A stretch of 61,409 nt of DNA from Candidatus Kerfeldbacteria bacterium CG08_land_8_20_14_0_20_40_16. Its GTDB lineage: Bacteria > Patescibacteriota > Patescibacteriia > UM-FILTER-42-10. Each line of letters opens with the position of its first letter. Position 1 is the stretch's first letter. The DNA is taken from positions 1 to 61,409 of the forward strand of contig PEXU01000049.1 of assembly GCA_002774635.1 (NCBI GenBank). Direction: 5' to 3'. The notes under the pieces were generated by a model that saw nothing but the letters and a program-made list of their open reading frames with translations, was not told where the DNA came from and ran no database searches. Shown piece after piece: positions 17,838-26,928 of this stretch. A program made the translations under genes and the position numbers.

Positions 17838-18344
17838 TTAACTTGCTTGTCTTATTTTATTGATCTCTTCTGGGGTTCTTATTTTAGTTAAAGCAATAAT
17901 AGTGGCCCTTACATTATTGATTTTATTCTTAGATCCCTGCATTTTACTGACTATGTTTTTAATCCCAGCCAACTCTAACACTGCTCTTACGGGACCCCCG
18001 GCAATAATTCCTCTTCCTGGCGGGGCAGGTTTCAAAAAGACTTTGGCGCCACCGGATTTCTCTTTTATAATATAAGGAATGGTATCATTGATTATTTTTA
18101 CTTTGATCAGATTCTTTTTTGCCGCGGTAACTGCCTTATTAACCGCCATTGACACGTCGGCTCCTTTTTTAATTCCCATTCCTACTCGTCCTTTTTGATC
18201 GCCTATCACTACACAAGCCCGAAAACTCATTCTTTTCCCGCCTGCTTGAACCCTGGTTACTCGAGAAATTTCAATTATTTTTTGTTCAAATTCATCCTTA
18301 GAAAGTTCTCTCATCGCTGATTTTCTTGTCTTTTTATAGATCAT
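17838..18344 (-). CDS. rpsE: 30S ribosomal protein S5
   Basis: ISRVTRVQAGGKRMSFRA and operon order. Confidence 0.95.
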   Translation of the reverse strand: MIYKKTRKSAMRELSKDEFEQKIIEISRVTRVQAGGKRMSFRACVVIGDQKGRVGMGIKKGADVSMAVNKAVTAAKKNLIKVKIINDTIPYIIKEKSGGAKVFLKPAPPGRGIIAGGPVRAVLELAGIKNIVSKMQGSKNKINNVRATIIALTKIRTPEEINKIRQAS

Positions 18345-18362
18345 ATTTAGTTGCCTAATGAT

Positions 18363-18728
18363 TTAAAATTTAAGTCCCCCTTCTTTTGCTCCTTCCGCTA
18401 ACGCTTTTATTCTGCCATGGTAAGTAAATCCTCCTCGATCAAAGACCACCCGTTTTATTTTTTTTGCCAGGGCCTTTTGGGCAGCTAGCTTTCCTACTGC
18501 TTTAGCGACTACTTCTTTTCTTTCTTTCTGATTTTTCTTCGTCAATTCACTATCACTAGCACTTACCAAAGTTTTTGCTTTTTGATCATCGATTATTTGA
18601 ACATAGATATGGTTAAGACTACGATATACAGAAAATCGAGGGCATTTCACTATCCCCTGAATTTTGGTGCGAATTCTCTTTTTTCTCCTTTCTCTTTGAA
18701 ATTGTTTCTTCTTTTGAGGGTTAGACAT
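18363..18728 (-). CDS. rplR: 50S ribosomal protein L18
   Basis: C-terminal [26 protein letters not shown]. Confidence 0.95.
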   Translation of the reverse strand: MSNPQKKKQFQRERRKKRIRTKIQGIVKCPRFSVYRSLNHIYVQIIDDQKAKTLVSASDSELTKKNQKERKEVVAKAVGKLAAQKALAKKIKRVVFDRGGFTYHGRIKALAEGAKEGGLKF

Positions 18729-18757
18729 AATTTGCTATTTGAAGTATCTTATCTACT

Positions 18758-19312
18758 TTAAGCTTTTCCTTCAGCTCCTTTCGCTATTTTACCTGCTTTT
18801 CTGCGAATTATTTCTTCAACGTATTTAATTCCCTTTCCTTTATAAGGTTCCGGTTTTTTTATGTTTCTTATCCGGGCAGCAGTATCCCCCACTAGTTGTT
18901 TATCTATTCCCGATATGATAATTATATTTTTTTCTACTTTTCCTTCGATTCCTTCTGGCAATTCAAACTCAACGGGGTGAGAAAATCCAACATTTAGAAT
19001 TAGCTTTCTATTTTTTACTTCCGCTTTGAATCCGATTCCATTGATTTCTAATTTTTTCTCAAATCCATTAATCACTCCCTCAATCATATTGGCAACCAGT
19101 ACCCGGGTCAACCCCCACAACGCTCTATTGGATTTGATTTGACTATCTGGTACTGATACCTGAAGATGCTGTTCTTTTTGGACTAGCGATACCAAAGGAG
19201 GGAGTTCTTGGAATAATTCCCCCTTAGGACCCTTGACTTTTACTTTTCTTCCGTTAATTTCAACGGTGACTTTTTCAGGAATTTTTATTGGATTTTTACC
19301 CACTCGGGACAT
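18758..19312 (-). CDS. rplF: 50S ribosomal protein L6
   Basis: MSRVGKNPIKIPEKV N-terminus. Confidence 0.95.
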   Translation of the reverse strand: MSRVGKNPIKIPEKVTVEINGRKVKVKGPKGELFQELPPLVSLVQKEQHLQVSVPDSQIKSNRALWGLTRVLVANMIEGVINGFEKKLEINGIGFKAEVKNRKLILNVGFSHPVEFELPEGIEGKVEKNIIIISGIDKQLVGDTAARIRNIKKPEPYKGKGIKYVEEIIRRKAGKIAKGAEGKA

Positions 19313-19335
19313 ATGTAAATTATCGTTTAATTATC

Positions 19336-19731
19336 TTAGCTTACCTCGCAGATTACTTCTCCGCCCAATTTATTTTTTCGTGCCTCTTTATTGGTCATTA
19401 GACCATTAGGAGTAGAGATAATGGCTATCCCCAAACTATTCAAAACATAGGGCAATTTTTGATGATGGACATAAACTTTTCTTCCCGGTTTACTAACTCT
19501 TGTTAAGTTCTGGATTACTGGCTTGCGATCTGAAGTGTACTTTAAGGTAATTTTAATTTTAGCAAAGGTGTTTTCTGTTTTCTGGGCATTTTTGATATAA
19601 CCCTCTTTTGTCAATATTTTAGCAATCTCAAATTTTATTTTAGAAAAAGGAAAAACTACTTCGTCTTTTTTCAGCTGGACAGCATTACGAATTCTAGTTA
19701 GCATATCGGCAATGGGATCAGTCATAGTCAT
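19336..19731 (-). CDS. rpsH: 30S ribosomal protein S8
   Basis: DPIADMLTRIRNA N-terminus. Confidence 0.95.
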   Translation of the reverse strand: MTMTDPIADMLTRIRNAVQLKKDEVVFPFSKIKFEIAKILTKEGYIKNAQKTENTFAKIKITLKYTSDRKPVIQNLTRVSKPGRKVYVHHQKLPYVLNSLGIAIISTPNGLMTNKEARKNKLGGEVICEVS

Positions 19732-19733
19732 AG

Positions 19734-19796
19734 AGGTTTTAGGTATTAGGTTTTAGGTATTAGGTTTTAGGTATTAGGTTTTAGGTATTAGGTTTA
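19734..19796. repeat. tandem repeat, 14-bp unit aggttttaggtatt x4.5
   Basis: Read directly from the sequence. Lies in a 151-bp rpsN-rpsH spacer and abuts the rpsH start codon. Confidence 0.9.
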
Positions 19797-19882
19797 AGTA
19801 GTTTCCAATTTTCAATTTTACAATTTTCATTTACCCCGTTACTTGAAAATTTATTGGAAATTGTAAATTGCCTCAGCATTTA

Positions 19883-20077
19883 TTACCAACTTGATTTTCT
19901 TATTCCAGGTATTTCTCCTTTATTCGCCAATTCTCTAAAGCAGATTCGGCATAAGTCAAATTTCCTCATGTATCCGTGGGCTCTTCCGCAACGCCAACAC
20001 CTTCTTACTATGCGAGAAGAAAATTTTGGATTTAAGCGTGATCTTTTTGCTCTTGCAATCTGAGATTTTTTAGCCAT
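19883..20077 (-). CDS. rpsN: 30S ribosomal protein S14 type Z (zinc-ribbon form)
   Basis: 64 aa with CWRCGR...CRIC. Confidence 0.95.
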   Translation of the reverse strand: MAKKSQIARAKRSRLNPKFSSRIVRRCWRCGRAHGYMRKFDLCRICFRELANKGEIPGIRKSSW

Positions 20078-20080
20078 AAC

Positions 20081-20623
20081 TTATTCCTCTTGTAAGGGAA
20101 AACCTAATAATTTAAATAACAATATTCCTTCTTTTTTTGTTTTGGCGGAAGTAGCAATATTCACTTCTAAACCATGAATTGTTTCTACTTCATCAGTTTT
20201 AATTTCAGGAAAAACAGTATGTTCCTTAATGCCGATACTTAAATTGCCTTGATTACCAATCATTTTTAAAGGAAGCCCCCTAAAATCTCTGGTTCTAGGT
20301 AAGCTTATTTTGATTATTTTTTCTACAAAATCATACATCCGATTCCCCCGTAAAGTAACCATTGCTCCTATGGTCATTCCCTGCCTGACTTTAAAATTAG
20401 AAATGGACTTTTTAGCTTTGGTAAAGACGGGCTTCTGCCCCGTAATCCTGGCTAAAGTACTTACTACTACATCTATAAACTTGGGATCACGAATTGCTCG
20501 GCCGGTTCCGACATTAACCACTGCTTTTTTCAGCCTAGGAACGGCTAGATTATTCTGATACCCCATTTGCTTTTTTAATTCAGGAATTATTTCTTTTAGA
20601 TATTTTTCTTTTAAATTATTCAT
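20081..20623 (-). CDS. rplE: 50S ribosomal protein L5
   Basis: Sequence and operon order. Confidence 0.95.
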   Translation of the reverse strand: MNNLKEKYLKEIIPELKKQMGYQNNLAVPRLKKAVVNVGTGRAIRDPKFIDVVVSTLARITGQKPVFTKAKKSISNFKVRQGMTIGAMVTLRGNRMYDFVEKIIKISLPRTRDFRGLPLKMIGNQGNLSIGIKEHTVFPEIKTDEVETIHGLEVNIATSAKTKKEGILLFKLLGFPLQEE

Positions 20624-20636
20624 AATTATTATTGCT

Positions 20637-20942
20637 TTAAATTACCTCTTTACACTTTCGGCAAATACGACCCTTTTTGTTCTCAATATTTTTATGACCA
20701 ATCCTGACCGGTTTGCCACATTTGGAGCAAATTAACATAACATTAGATGCATTTAATGGTGTACTGAATTGTACTCGTTCACCTTTTTCTCCTTCTTTTC
20801 TGGGACGGGTATGCTTAACATGAAGATTCAAACCTTCTACTACCACCAGGTTTTGCTTGGGAAAAACTTGAATAATTTTACCTTTTTTGCCCCGGTCTTT
20901 CCCAAGAATTATTCTTACTTGATCGCCTTTTTTTAAATCCAT
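20637..20942 (-). CDS. rplX: 50S ribosomal protein L24
   Basis: KKGDQVRIILGKDRGKKGKI KOW motif. Confidence 0.95.
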   Translation of the reverse strand: MDLKKGDQVRIILGKDRGKKGKIIQVFPKQNLVVVEGLNLHVKHTRPRKEGEKGERVQFSTPLNASNVMLICSKCGKPVRIGHKNIENKKGRICRKCKEVI

Positions 20943-20961
20943 CTTACTAATTTTATTTATT

Positions 20962-21333
20962 TTATAATACTTCGGGAGCCAAAGAAACTATCTTATCAAA
21001 TCCTTTGCCTTTTAATTCCCGAGCAATGGGACCAAAAATTCTTGTTCCTCTTGGTTCCTTATTATTTTTGTCAACTATCACCGCCGCATTTTCATCGAAC
21101 CGGATATAGGATCCGTCTTTACGCTTTAATTCTTTTTTCTGCCGGACAATCACCGCCTGCAAAACATCGCCTTTCTTAACCATGCTATAAGGATTCGCTC
21201 CTTTTACCGCCACCGTGATAATATCGCCAATTCCCGCATAGCGTATTTTATTTCCTCCTAATACTCTAATACACTGCAAAACTTTTGCTCCGGTGTTATC
21301 TGCCACTTTAAGTCTTGATCCTGCTTGAATCAT
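20962..21333 (-). CDS. rplN: 50S ribosomal protein L14
   Basis: [18 protein letters not shown]-terminus. Confidence 0.95.
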   Translation of the reverse strand: MIQAGSRLKVADNTGAKVLQCIRVLGGNKIRYAGIGDIITVAVKGANPYSMVKKGDVLQAVIVRQKKELKRKDGSYIRFDENAAVIVDKNNKEPRGTRIFGPIARELKGKGFDKIVSLAPEVL

Positions 21334-21369
21334 GATGAGTTTAAAATTTAAAACGAAAAATTAAAAAAT

Positions 21370-21678
21370 TTAATCTTGATTTGTTCCTTTTTGATTTTTG
21401 TAAATTACCCTCCATCTTTTTTCTTTGGAAATTGGCCGGCATTCCACAAATTCTACCTGATCTCCCTTATGATATTTATTCTGGGGATCATGGACCTTAA
21501 ATTTTTTAATTATGGTATATTGCTTTCGATACTTGGGATGAGACTTTACTCGGTTTATTCTTATCACAATTGTTTTATCCATTGCATCACCAATTACTAC
21601 TCCGGAAAACCTTTTTCTCTTAGCCACTATGGCCCGGCGGAAAGCAATATCTTGTGAATTAATCTCTGCTTTTTTCAT
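21370..21678 (-). CDS. rpsQ: 30S ribosomal protein S17
   Basis: GVVIGDAMDKTIVIRINR...HPKYRK. Confidence 0.9.
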   Translation of the reverse strand: MKKAEINSQDIAFRRAIVAKRKRFSGVVIGDAMDKTIVIRINRVKSHPKYRKQYTIIKKFKVHDPQNKYHKGDQVEFVECRPISKEKRWRVIYKNQKGTNQD

Positions 21679-21695
21679 AATTTATTTTTGATTAG

Positions 21696-21890
21696 CTAAT
21701 TTTTATCCGCTCGTTCCTTAATAACTGTTAGAATCTTGGCGATGGTCTTTTTCTCCGCCCGAACTGCCCGCACATTTTTCAATTGTTCACTTGCTACCTT
21801 AAAACGCACTTCTCTAAAATGCTCCCGAGTGCTTTTTAACAGTTTTTGAAGTTCATTATCTGATTTTTCTCTCAATTCTTTGATTTTCAT
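21696..21890 (-). CDS. rpmC: 50S ribosomal protein L29
   Basis: MKIKELREKSDNELQKLL. Confidence 0.9.
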   Translation of the reverse strand: MKIKELREKSDNELQKLLKSTREHFREVRFKVASEQLKNVRAVRAEKKTIAKILTVIKERADKN

Positions 21891-21892
21891 AA

Positions 21893-22306
21893 TTATAATT
21901 CTTGCTTAATTAAAATTTTAGTTCTCAGCGGAAGTTTATGAGAAGCTAATCTAAATGCTTCACGCGCCACTTCTTCTGAAATACCATCCATCTCAAACAT
22001 AATCGTCCCGGCTTTTACTTTTTCGACATAGCGTTCCACTGAACCTTTTCCTCCCCCCATTCTTACCTCTCCTCCTTTAGCAGTAATAGGATAACGAGGG
22101 AATATTCTAATCCAGATTTTTCCTCCCCGTTTCACAAAGCGGGTCATGGCTCGACGCGCTGCTTCGATTTGCCGATCCGACACCCAAGAACCAGTAATCG
22201 CCTTCAGACCATAACTGCCAAAAGCCAATTCTGTCTTTTGAGTAGCTCTGCCTTTCACTTTCGGCCGGAATGATTTTCGATGTTTTAATTTTCTGGGCTG
22301 TAACAT
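21893..22306 (-). CDS. rplP: 50S ribosomal protein L16
   Basis: MLQPRKLKHRKSFR N-terminus. Confidence 0.95.
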   Translation of the reverse strand: MLQPRKLKHRKSFRPKVKGRATQKTELAFGSYGLKAITGSWVSDRQIEAARRAMTRFVKRGGKIWIRIFPRYPITAKGGEVRMGGGKGSVERYVEKVKAGTIMFEMDGISEEVAREAFRLASHKLPLRTKILIKQEL

Positions 22307-22321
22307 TGAAATTGAATTAGA

Positions 22322-22984
22322 TTATTCTAATTTACCTTCTTGTTTCTTTTGAAATATTTGACCCCGATAAATCCATACCTTTATCCCAATTGCTCCATAG
22401 GTTGTCCGAGCCGTTCCTCGGGAATAATCGATATCGGCTCTTAGAGTATGCAGGGGAACCTTTCCCTTAGAAAGAGTCTCGGTTCTCGCTATTTCTACGC
22501 CATTCAATCTTCCGGCCATAATTATCTTTACTCCTTGCGCTCCTCCCTGCATCACCTGATCAATTCCTCTCTTCATTACTCTTCGGAACGGGATTCTTTT
22601 TTCTATTTGAGCAATCAATCCTTGTAGTACCAGTTCAGCATTTAAATCTGGTTTTTCTACTTCTTGAATAGTGATATTAAGATCGATTTTCTTGCTTCCT
22701 AAATATCTTTGTTTTAACTGTCTCTTCAATTCTTCAATTCCTCCTCCTCCTCGTCCGATAATAACCCCTGGCCGAGAAGTATGAATAATAATAGTCAGCT
22801 TGCCAGCAGAACGTTCAACCTCGATCTTAGCCACTCCCCCTTCTTTTAACTTCTTTCTTAAAAAATCTCTAATCTGAACGTCTTCTCGTAAAAATTCACT
22901 ATAATTCTTCCGAGCGAACCACTTAGAATTTGCTTGGGCAATTATTCCTATTCTAAATATTCTTGGATTTACTTTTCTTCCCAT
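22322..22984 (-). CDS. rpsC: 30S ribosomal protein S3
   Basis: MGRKVNPRIFRIGI N-terminus and KH domain. Confidence 0.95.
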   Translation of the reverse strand: MGRKVNPRIFRIGIIAQANSKWFARKNYSEFLREDVQIRDFLRKKLKEGGVAKIEVERSAGKLTIIIHTSRPGVIIGRGGGGIEELKRQLKQRYLGSKKIDLNITIQEVEKPDLNAELVLQGLIAQIEKRIPFRRVMKRGIDQVMQGGAQGVKIIMAGRLNGVEIARTETLSKGKVPLHTLRADIDYSRGTARTTYGAIGIKVWIYRGQIFQKKQEGKLE

Positions 22985-22987
22985 CGC

Positions 22988-23518
22988 TTACTTATCTCCT
23001 GTTCTATGAATGAATTTATCTTTTATTCTTCCTAAATCTATAATTGATTTCTTTTTTCTTTCTTCTATTGGTGTCTCTTTTTTCTTGGCAGCAGATGCTT
23101 CCTTTTTAATTTCTTCCGCCTTTATTATTTTAATTTTTTCTCTTTCCGCTTTCTTTTTATCAGTTGTTGTTTTTTGTTTCGACTCCTTTTTTTCTGCTAA
23201 AACCAGTTCAATTAATGAAGAGCGTTTTCTTATTTCTGCTGCTCTCCCGAAAGCACGTGGTCGATACCGTTTTAAAACCGGGCCTTCGTTAGCGGTAATC
23301 TTTTTAATAAAAAGGTTATTTTTGTCCAGCTTAAAGTTGTTTTCGGCATTGGCAATCGCTGAGTTCAGTAGTTTTAAAATCGGTCCAGTGGCGGCTTTGG
23401 TAATAAATTGTAACTGCTCTTTTGCCTTTTCTACTTCTAATCCCCGAATAACATCAATTACCAATCTTACTTTCTTTGGCGACATCCTTATTCTATTCAA
23501 TTTTGCTTTAACTTCCAT
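22988..23518 (-). CDS. rplV: 50S ribosomal protein L22 with K/E-rich C-terminal extension
   Basis: The L22 core covers residues 1 to about 112. A lysine/glutamate-rich tail of about 60 aa follows. Confidence 0.9.
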   Translation of the reverse strand: MEVKAKLNRIRMSPKKVRLVIDVIRGLEVEKAKEQLQFITKAATGPILKLLNSAIANAENNFKLDKNNLFIKKITANEGPVLKRYRPRAFGRAAEIRKRSSLIELVLAEKKESKQKTTTDKKKAEREKIKIIKAEEIKKEASAAKKKETPIEERKKKSIIDLGRIKDKFIHRTGDK

Positions 23519-23535
23519 GAATTTCTTAATTTAAA

Positions 23536-23898
23536 TTATTTGCTTTCTTCTTTAGAACCGGTTTTTTGCTCTATTTCTTTCTTGGCTTCCACTAGTTCCT
23601 TTTTCTGAACAGCGGCTTGGGCGGTTTCTTCTTCTTTCTGCATTCTTCCGCCGTGTTTAATAAATTTTCTGGTCAGCGCAAATTCGCCTAGCTTGTGCCC
23701 AACCATATTTTCTACAATATAAACCGGGATATGTTCTCTGCCGTTATGAACCCCAATGGTAAAACCTACCATTTCTGGAGTAATCGTGCAGGCTCGTGAC
23801 CAGGTTTTAACAATCGTTTTATCGCCCCGTTTCACCTTAGAAAGCTTCTTGAGCAGTTTTTGATCCACAAAGGGTCCTTTTTTAAGCGATCGCGACAT
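23536..23898 (-). CDS. rpsS: 30S ribosomal protein S19 with C-terminal extension
   Basis: [13 protein letters not shown]-terminus, with an extra E/K-rich tail of about 28 aa. Confidence 0.95.
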   Translation of the reverse strand: MSRSLKKGPFVDQKLLKKLSKVKRGDKTIVKTWSRACTITPEMVGFTIGVHNGREHIPVYIVENMVGHKLGEFALTRKFIKHGGRMQKEEETAQAAVQKKELVEAKKEIEQKTGSKEESK

Positions 23899-23957
23899 AG
23901 GGATTATTAATTATGAATGATGAATGAATAATTTTGATTTTAATTACGAATTACTAG

Positions 23958-24794
23958 TTACTTACCTTTTCTTCTTTTGAGAATAAATTGATCTGATTTT
24001 TTTCCTTGTTTTCTTGTTTTTACCCCTAAGGCTGGTTTACCCCAAGGTGTCTTTGGTCTTTTCATTCCAATCGGCGACTTTCCTTCTCCTCCTCCATGCG
24101 GATGATCAACCGGATTTTTGGCTTTTCCTCTTACTGTTGGACGGATGCCTTTATATCTTATCCGACCCGCTTTGCCCCAGCGAATATGGCGATAATCAGG
24201 ATTGGAAACTTGCCCGATTGATGCCATACAATCTTCAGAAACTAGTCTTATTTCTCCAGAAGGAAGTTTAAGCTGGACTAAACCATTCTCGATTGCCTGA
24301 ATAACAGTATTACTCCCGGCGGAACGAACGATCTCGCCCCCTCTGCCAGGTACCAGTTCTACATTATAGACCAACATGCCCGGTGGAATATTTTTGAGAA
24401 TTAACCGATTACCATTTTTAATTTCAATTTTGTTTTGGGATGAAACGATCTTATCGCCTACTACTAATCCTACCGGGGCCAAGATGTATCGTTTTTCCCC
24501 ATCCTCATACCGGACTAAGGCAATCCTGGCATTGCGATTAGGATCATATTCTATTGCCGACACTTCTGCTGTTTGATCAAAACGATCTTGTTTAAAATCT
24601 ATTTTTCTAAGATAACGTTTAGTGCCACCACCCTGATGATGAACGGTGATTTTTCCTCTTACGTTTCTTCCCCCCTTGCTTTTCTTGATTATTATCAGTT
24701 TTTTTTCCGGTCTCTTTTTGGTAAGACCAGAAAAATCCCCAACGGATGATATTCTTCTACCAGCAGTATTCGGTTTGTATTTTCTGATTGCCAT
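23958..24794 (-). CDS. rplB: 50S ribosomal protein L2
   Basis: MAIRKYKPNTAGRR...VDHPHGGGEGK. Confidence 0.95.
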   Translation of the reverse strand: MAIRKYKPNTAGRRISSVGDFSGLTKKRPEKKLIIIKKSKGGRNVRGKITVHHQGGGTKRYLRKIDFKQDRFDQTAEVSAIEYDPNRNARIALVRYEDGEKRYILAPVGLVVGDKIVSSQNKIEIKNGNRLILKNIPPGMLVYNVELVPGRGGEIVRSAGSNTVIQAIENGLVQLKLPSGEIRLVSEDCMASIGQVSNPDYRHIRWGKAGRIRYKGIRPTVRGKAKNPVDHPHGGGEGKSPIGMKRPKTPWGKPALGVKTRKQGKKSDQFILKRRKGK

Positions 24795-24797
24795 TAT

Positions 24798-25325
24798 TTA
24801 AACTCCTTCGTAAATTTCTATTTTTTCTCCCGGTTTTAAAGTAATCACTGCCTTTTTCCAACTTCCGGTTCTGCCTGAACTACGGCCGTACTGAATGGGC
24901 TTTCCGCCCTGATTAACAATATTCACTTTTATTACCTCAACTCCATAGAGATCATGGATTGCTTTTTTTATCTCAATTTTACTAACTTTTGATGCTACTT
25001 TGAAAACATACTTACTATAAACTCCTAGGCTAGTCGATTTTTCAGTAACCAGTGGTTTAATCAGAACTCGATAAGCTTCCCCGGTATCTTCCTTCTTTTC
25101 CTTTTTGGTCTTTTCTTTAGTCTTTTCTTTAACATCTTTCGCTTCTTTTTTCTGTTTTTCCGCTTTCGGTTTTTCTTCTTTACCAGACGGCACTAAGGAA
25201 GGGTCAAACAACCTTGGTTCAGCTTTTTTCTTTTTGCTTTCCGGCTTTTTCTTGGGAGCCTTCTTTTCAACTTTTGGCTCTTTCTCTATATCCTTTGTCT
25301 TTTTGAATCGATCAAATATTCCCAT
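24798..25325 (-). CDS. rplW: 50S ribosomal protein L23 with K/E-rich N-terminal extension of about 80 aa
   Basis: The L23 core starts near YRVLIKPLVTEKS. There is no internal Met. The 13-nt gap to the rplD stop supports the long form. Confidence 0.85.
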   Translation of the reverse strand: MGIFDRFKKTKDIEKEPKVEKKAPKKKPESKKKKAEPRLFDPSLVPSGKEEKPKAEKQKKEAKDVKEKTKEKTKKEKKEDTGEAYRVLIKPLVTEKSTSLGVYSKYVFKVASKVSKIEIKKAIHDLYGVEVIKVNIVNQGGKPIQYGRSSGRTGSWKKAVITLKPGEKIEIYEGV

Positions 25326-25338
25326 TCTCTTGGAAAAA

Positions 25339-25986
25339 TTATTGGCTAGATTTTGATTTTAGATAAACTTCTTCTATTTTTCTTAAACTTTCCTTGATAA
25401 TCAGTAAATATTCTGATTTTAAAATATCCTTAATATTTAAACTGTCTGCTTGAATGGTTTTAATGCCTGAAATATTTCGAGCTGATTTTACAATTTTGCC
25501 GTCGTTCTTAGGAAGAATAATGGTTGTTTTCTTGCTCTTAACTGGCAGCTTCGCTAGCATTCCGGCAAGCGCTTTGGTTTTAATCTCCTTCATTACTAAC
25601 TCATTCAAAACAATAACTTTTGATTCTTGAGTCCGATCAGATAAAACCATAAAAAGAGCTTTGCGCTTGGCTTTTTTGTTAATTCTTTTGTGAAAGTTTC
25701 TATCTTTAGTAGGTCCAAAAGTTATTCCGCCGCCAACCCAGATCGGGGAACGAATCGATCCGTGACGGGCTCGTCCAGTTCCCTTTTGACGCCAAGGTTT
25801 TGCTCCGCCGCCCCGAACTTCACTGCGGTCTTTGGTGTGGGCTAAAACTTTCCGAGCATTAGCCATTTGAATCACTACTGCTTGTTGAACTAATTCTGGC
25901 TTCACCGCAACTCCAAAAATTTTTGGATTCAAATCAATCTCTTCTACTATTTTCCCTTCTGAATTATAAACTGGGATTTTCTTCAT
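25339..25986 (-). CDS. rplD: 50S ribosomal protein L4
   Basis: RGGGAKPWRQKGTGRARHGS motif. Confidence 0.95.
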   Translation of the reverse strand: MKKIPVYNSEGKIVEEIDLNPKIFGVAVKPELVQQAVVIQMANARKVLAHTKDRSEVRGGGAKPWRQKGTGRARHGSIRSPIWVGGGITFGPTKDRNFHKRINKKAKRKALFMVLSDRTQESKVIVLNELVMKEIKTKALAGMLAKLPVKSKKTTIILPKNDGKIVKSARNISGIKTIQADSLNIKDILKSEYLLIIKESLRKIEEVYLKSKSSQ

Positions 25987-26717
25987 TTATTCTTCTCCTC
26001 CGTTTTTTTATCTTCTTTGATGCTATTCTGATTGGGTTTTTCTTCTTTTTTTTCTGACCCCTTTTTAGAAACATCCACTTGATTATTTTCTTGAATAGCA
26101 GCTGAATCTTCTCCTTCGCCCAGAATTAGTACTAGCTGGTTTCTTGCACCGGGCACCGCCCCTTTGATTGCCAGTTGGCCATTCTTCTTATCTACTTCTA
26201 CTATTTGAAGGTTCTTAACGGTGGATTTTAAACCTCCCATTCGTCCCGCCATTCTTTTTCCTTTGCGGACGTGTTCTGGAAAAGAACTACCAATAGAACC
26301 AGGCATCCTTAATTGATCTTTATGACCGTGAGAAGCAGGACTGCCATGGAATCCATGCCGTTTAACAACTCCCTGAAAACCCTTTCCTTTAGAAACTCCA
26401 CTTACTTGCACTACATCCCCTTCTTTGAAAATTGAAATATTGATCTGATCTCCTCTTTTGAATTGATTTGAATTATTAGTCCGAAACTCTCTTAAATATC
26501 GGGGATTGTCTAAATTTTTTAAATGTCCTTGCAGAGGTTTGAGAAGTTTACTTTTCTTTTCGAATCCGATCTGAATCGCTTGATAACCATCATTTTTGCT
26601 GGTTTTAACTTGAGTAACAGTACAAGGACCTGCTTTTACTAAAGTTACCGGAACAACAGTTCCATCTTCTTGAAACCGTCTGGTCATTCCAATTTTTTTT
26701 CCTAATATGAATTTCAT
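25983..26717 (-). CDS. rplC: 50S ribosomal protein L3 with K/E-rich C-terminal tail
   Basis: MKFILGKKIGMTRRF N-terminus and FQGVVKRHGF. Confidence 0.95.
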   Translation of the reverse strand: MKFILGKKIGMTRRFQEDGTVVPVTLVKAGPCTVTQVKTSKNDGYQAIQIGFEKKSKLLKPLQGHLKNLDNPRYLREFRTNNSNQFKRGDQINISIFKEGDVVQVSGVSKGKGFQGVVKRHGFHGSPASHGHKDQLRMPGSIGSSFPEHVRKGKRMAGRMGGLKSTVKNLQIVEVDKKNGQLAIKGAVPGARNQLVLILGEGEDSAAIQENNQVDVSKKGSEKKEEKPNQNSIKEDKKTEEKNK

Positions 26718-26850
26718 TTTTTTATTAAAAAAAACCGCGATTTTTTCCAGTCTTTTCTTTCTTCACTTTTAAGGATTTCTTAAAAAACCCGGTTTAGTAT
26801 TTAATAAATTTTAATTATTGAAGAAAGTCTAACTCCGAAATAGCTTTTTT

Positions 26851-26897
26851 GAGTACTCGGTTGATATCCCGCGGACGCGGGATCATTTCCGATACTC
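26851..26897. repeat. extended GC hairpin in the rpsJ-rplC spacer
   Basis: gagtactcgg...atcccgcg gac gcgggat...ccgatactc. The core at 26866-26883 belongs to the TCCCGC-loop-GCGGGA family. Confidence 0.75.
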
Positions 26898-26928
26898 ATC
26901 AAGCTGAGAATTTCTTTAATTTTAAAAA

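Noticed and set aside
19734-19796. Possible CRISPR array
   Set aside because: It is a pure head-to-tail 14-bp tandem repeat with no unique spacers, and there are no cas genes in the window.
23010-23534. 174-aa plus-strand ORF antisense to rplV, and similar antisense ORFs at 25105-25356, 17296-17574, 21376-21657, 41630-42049 and 5441-5842
   Set aside because: These are mirror-image ORFs opposite well-supported genes. Their low-complexity F/S/L-rich products are typical of the antisense of K/E-rich or AT-rich coding sequence.
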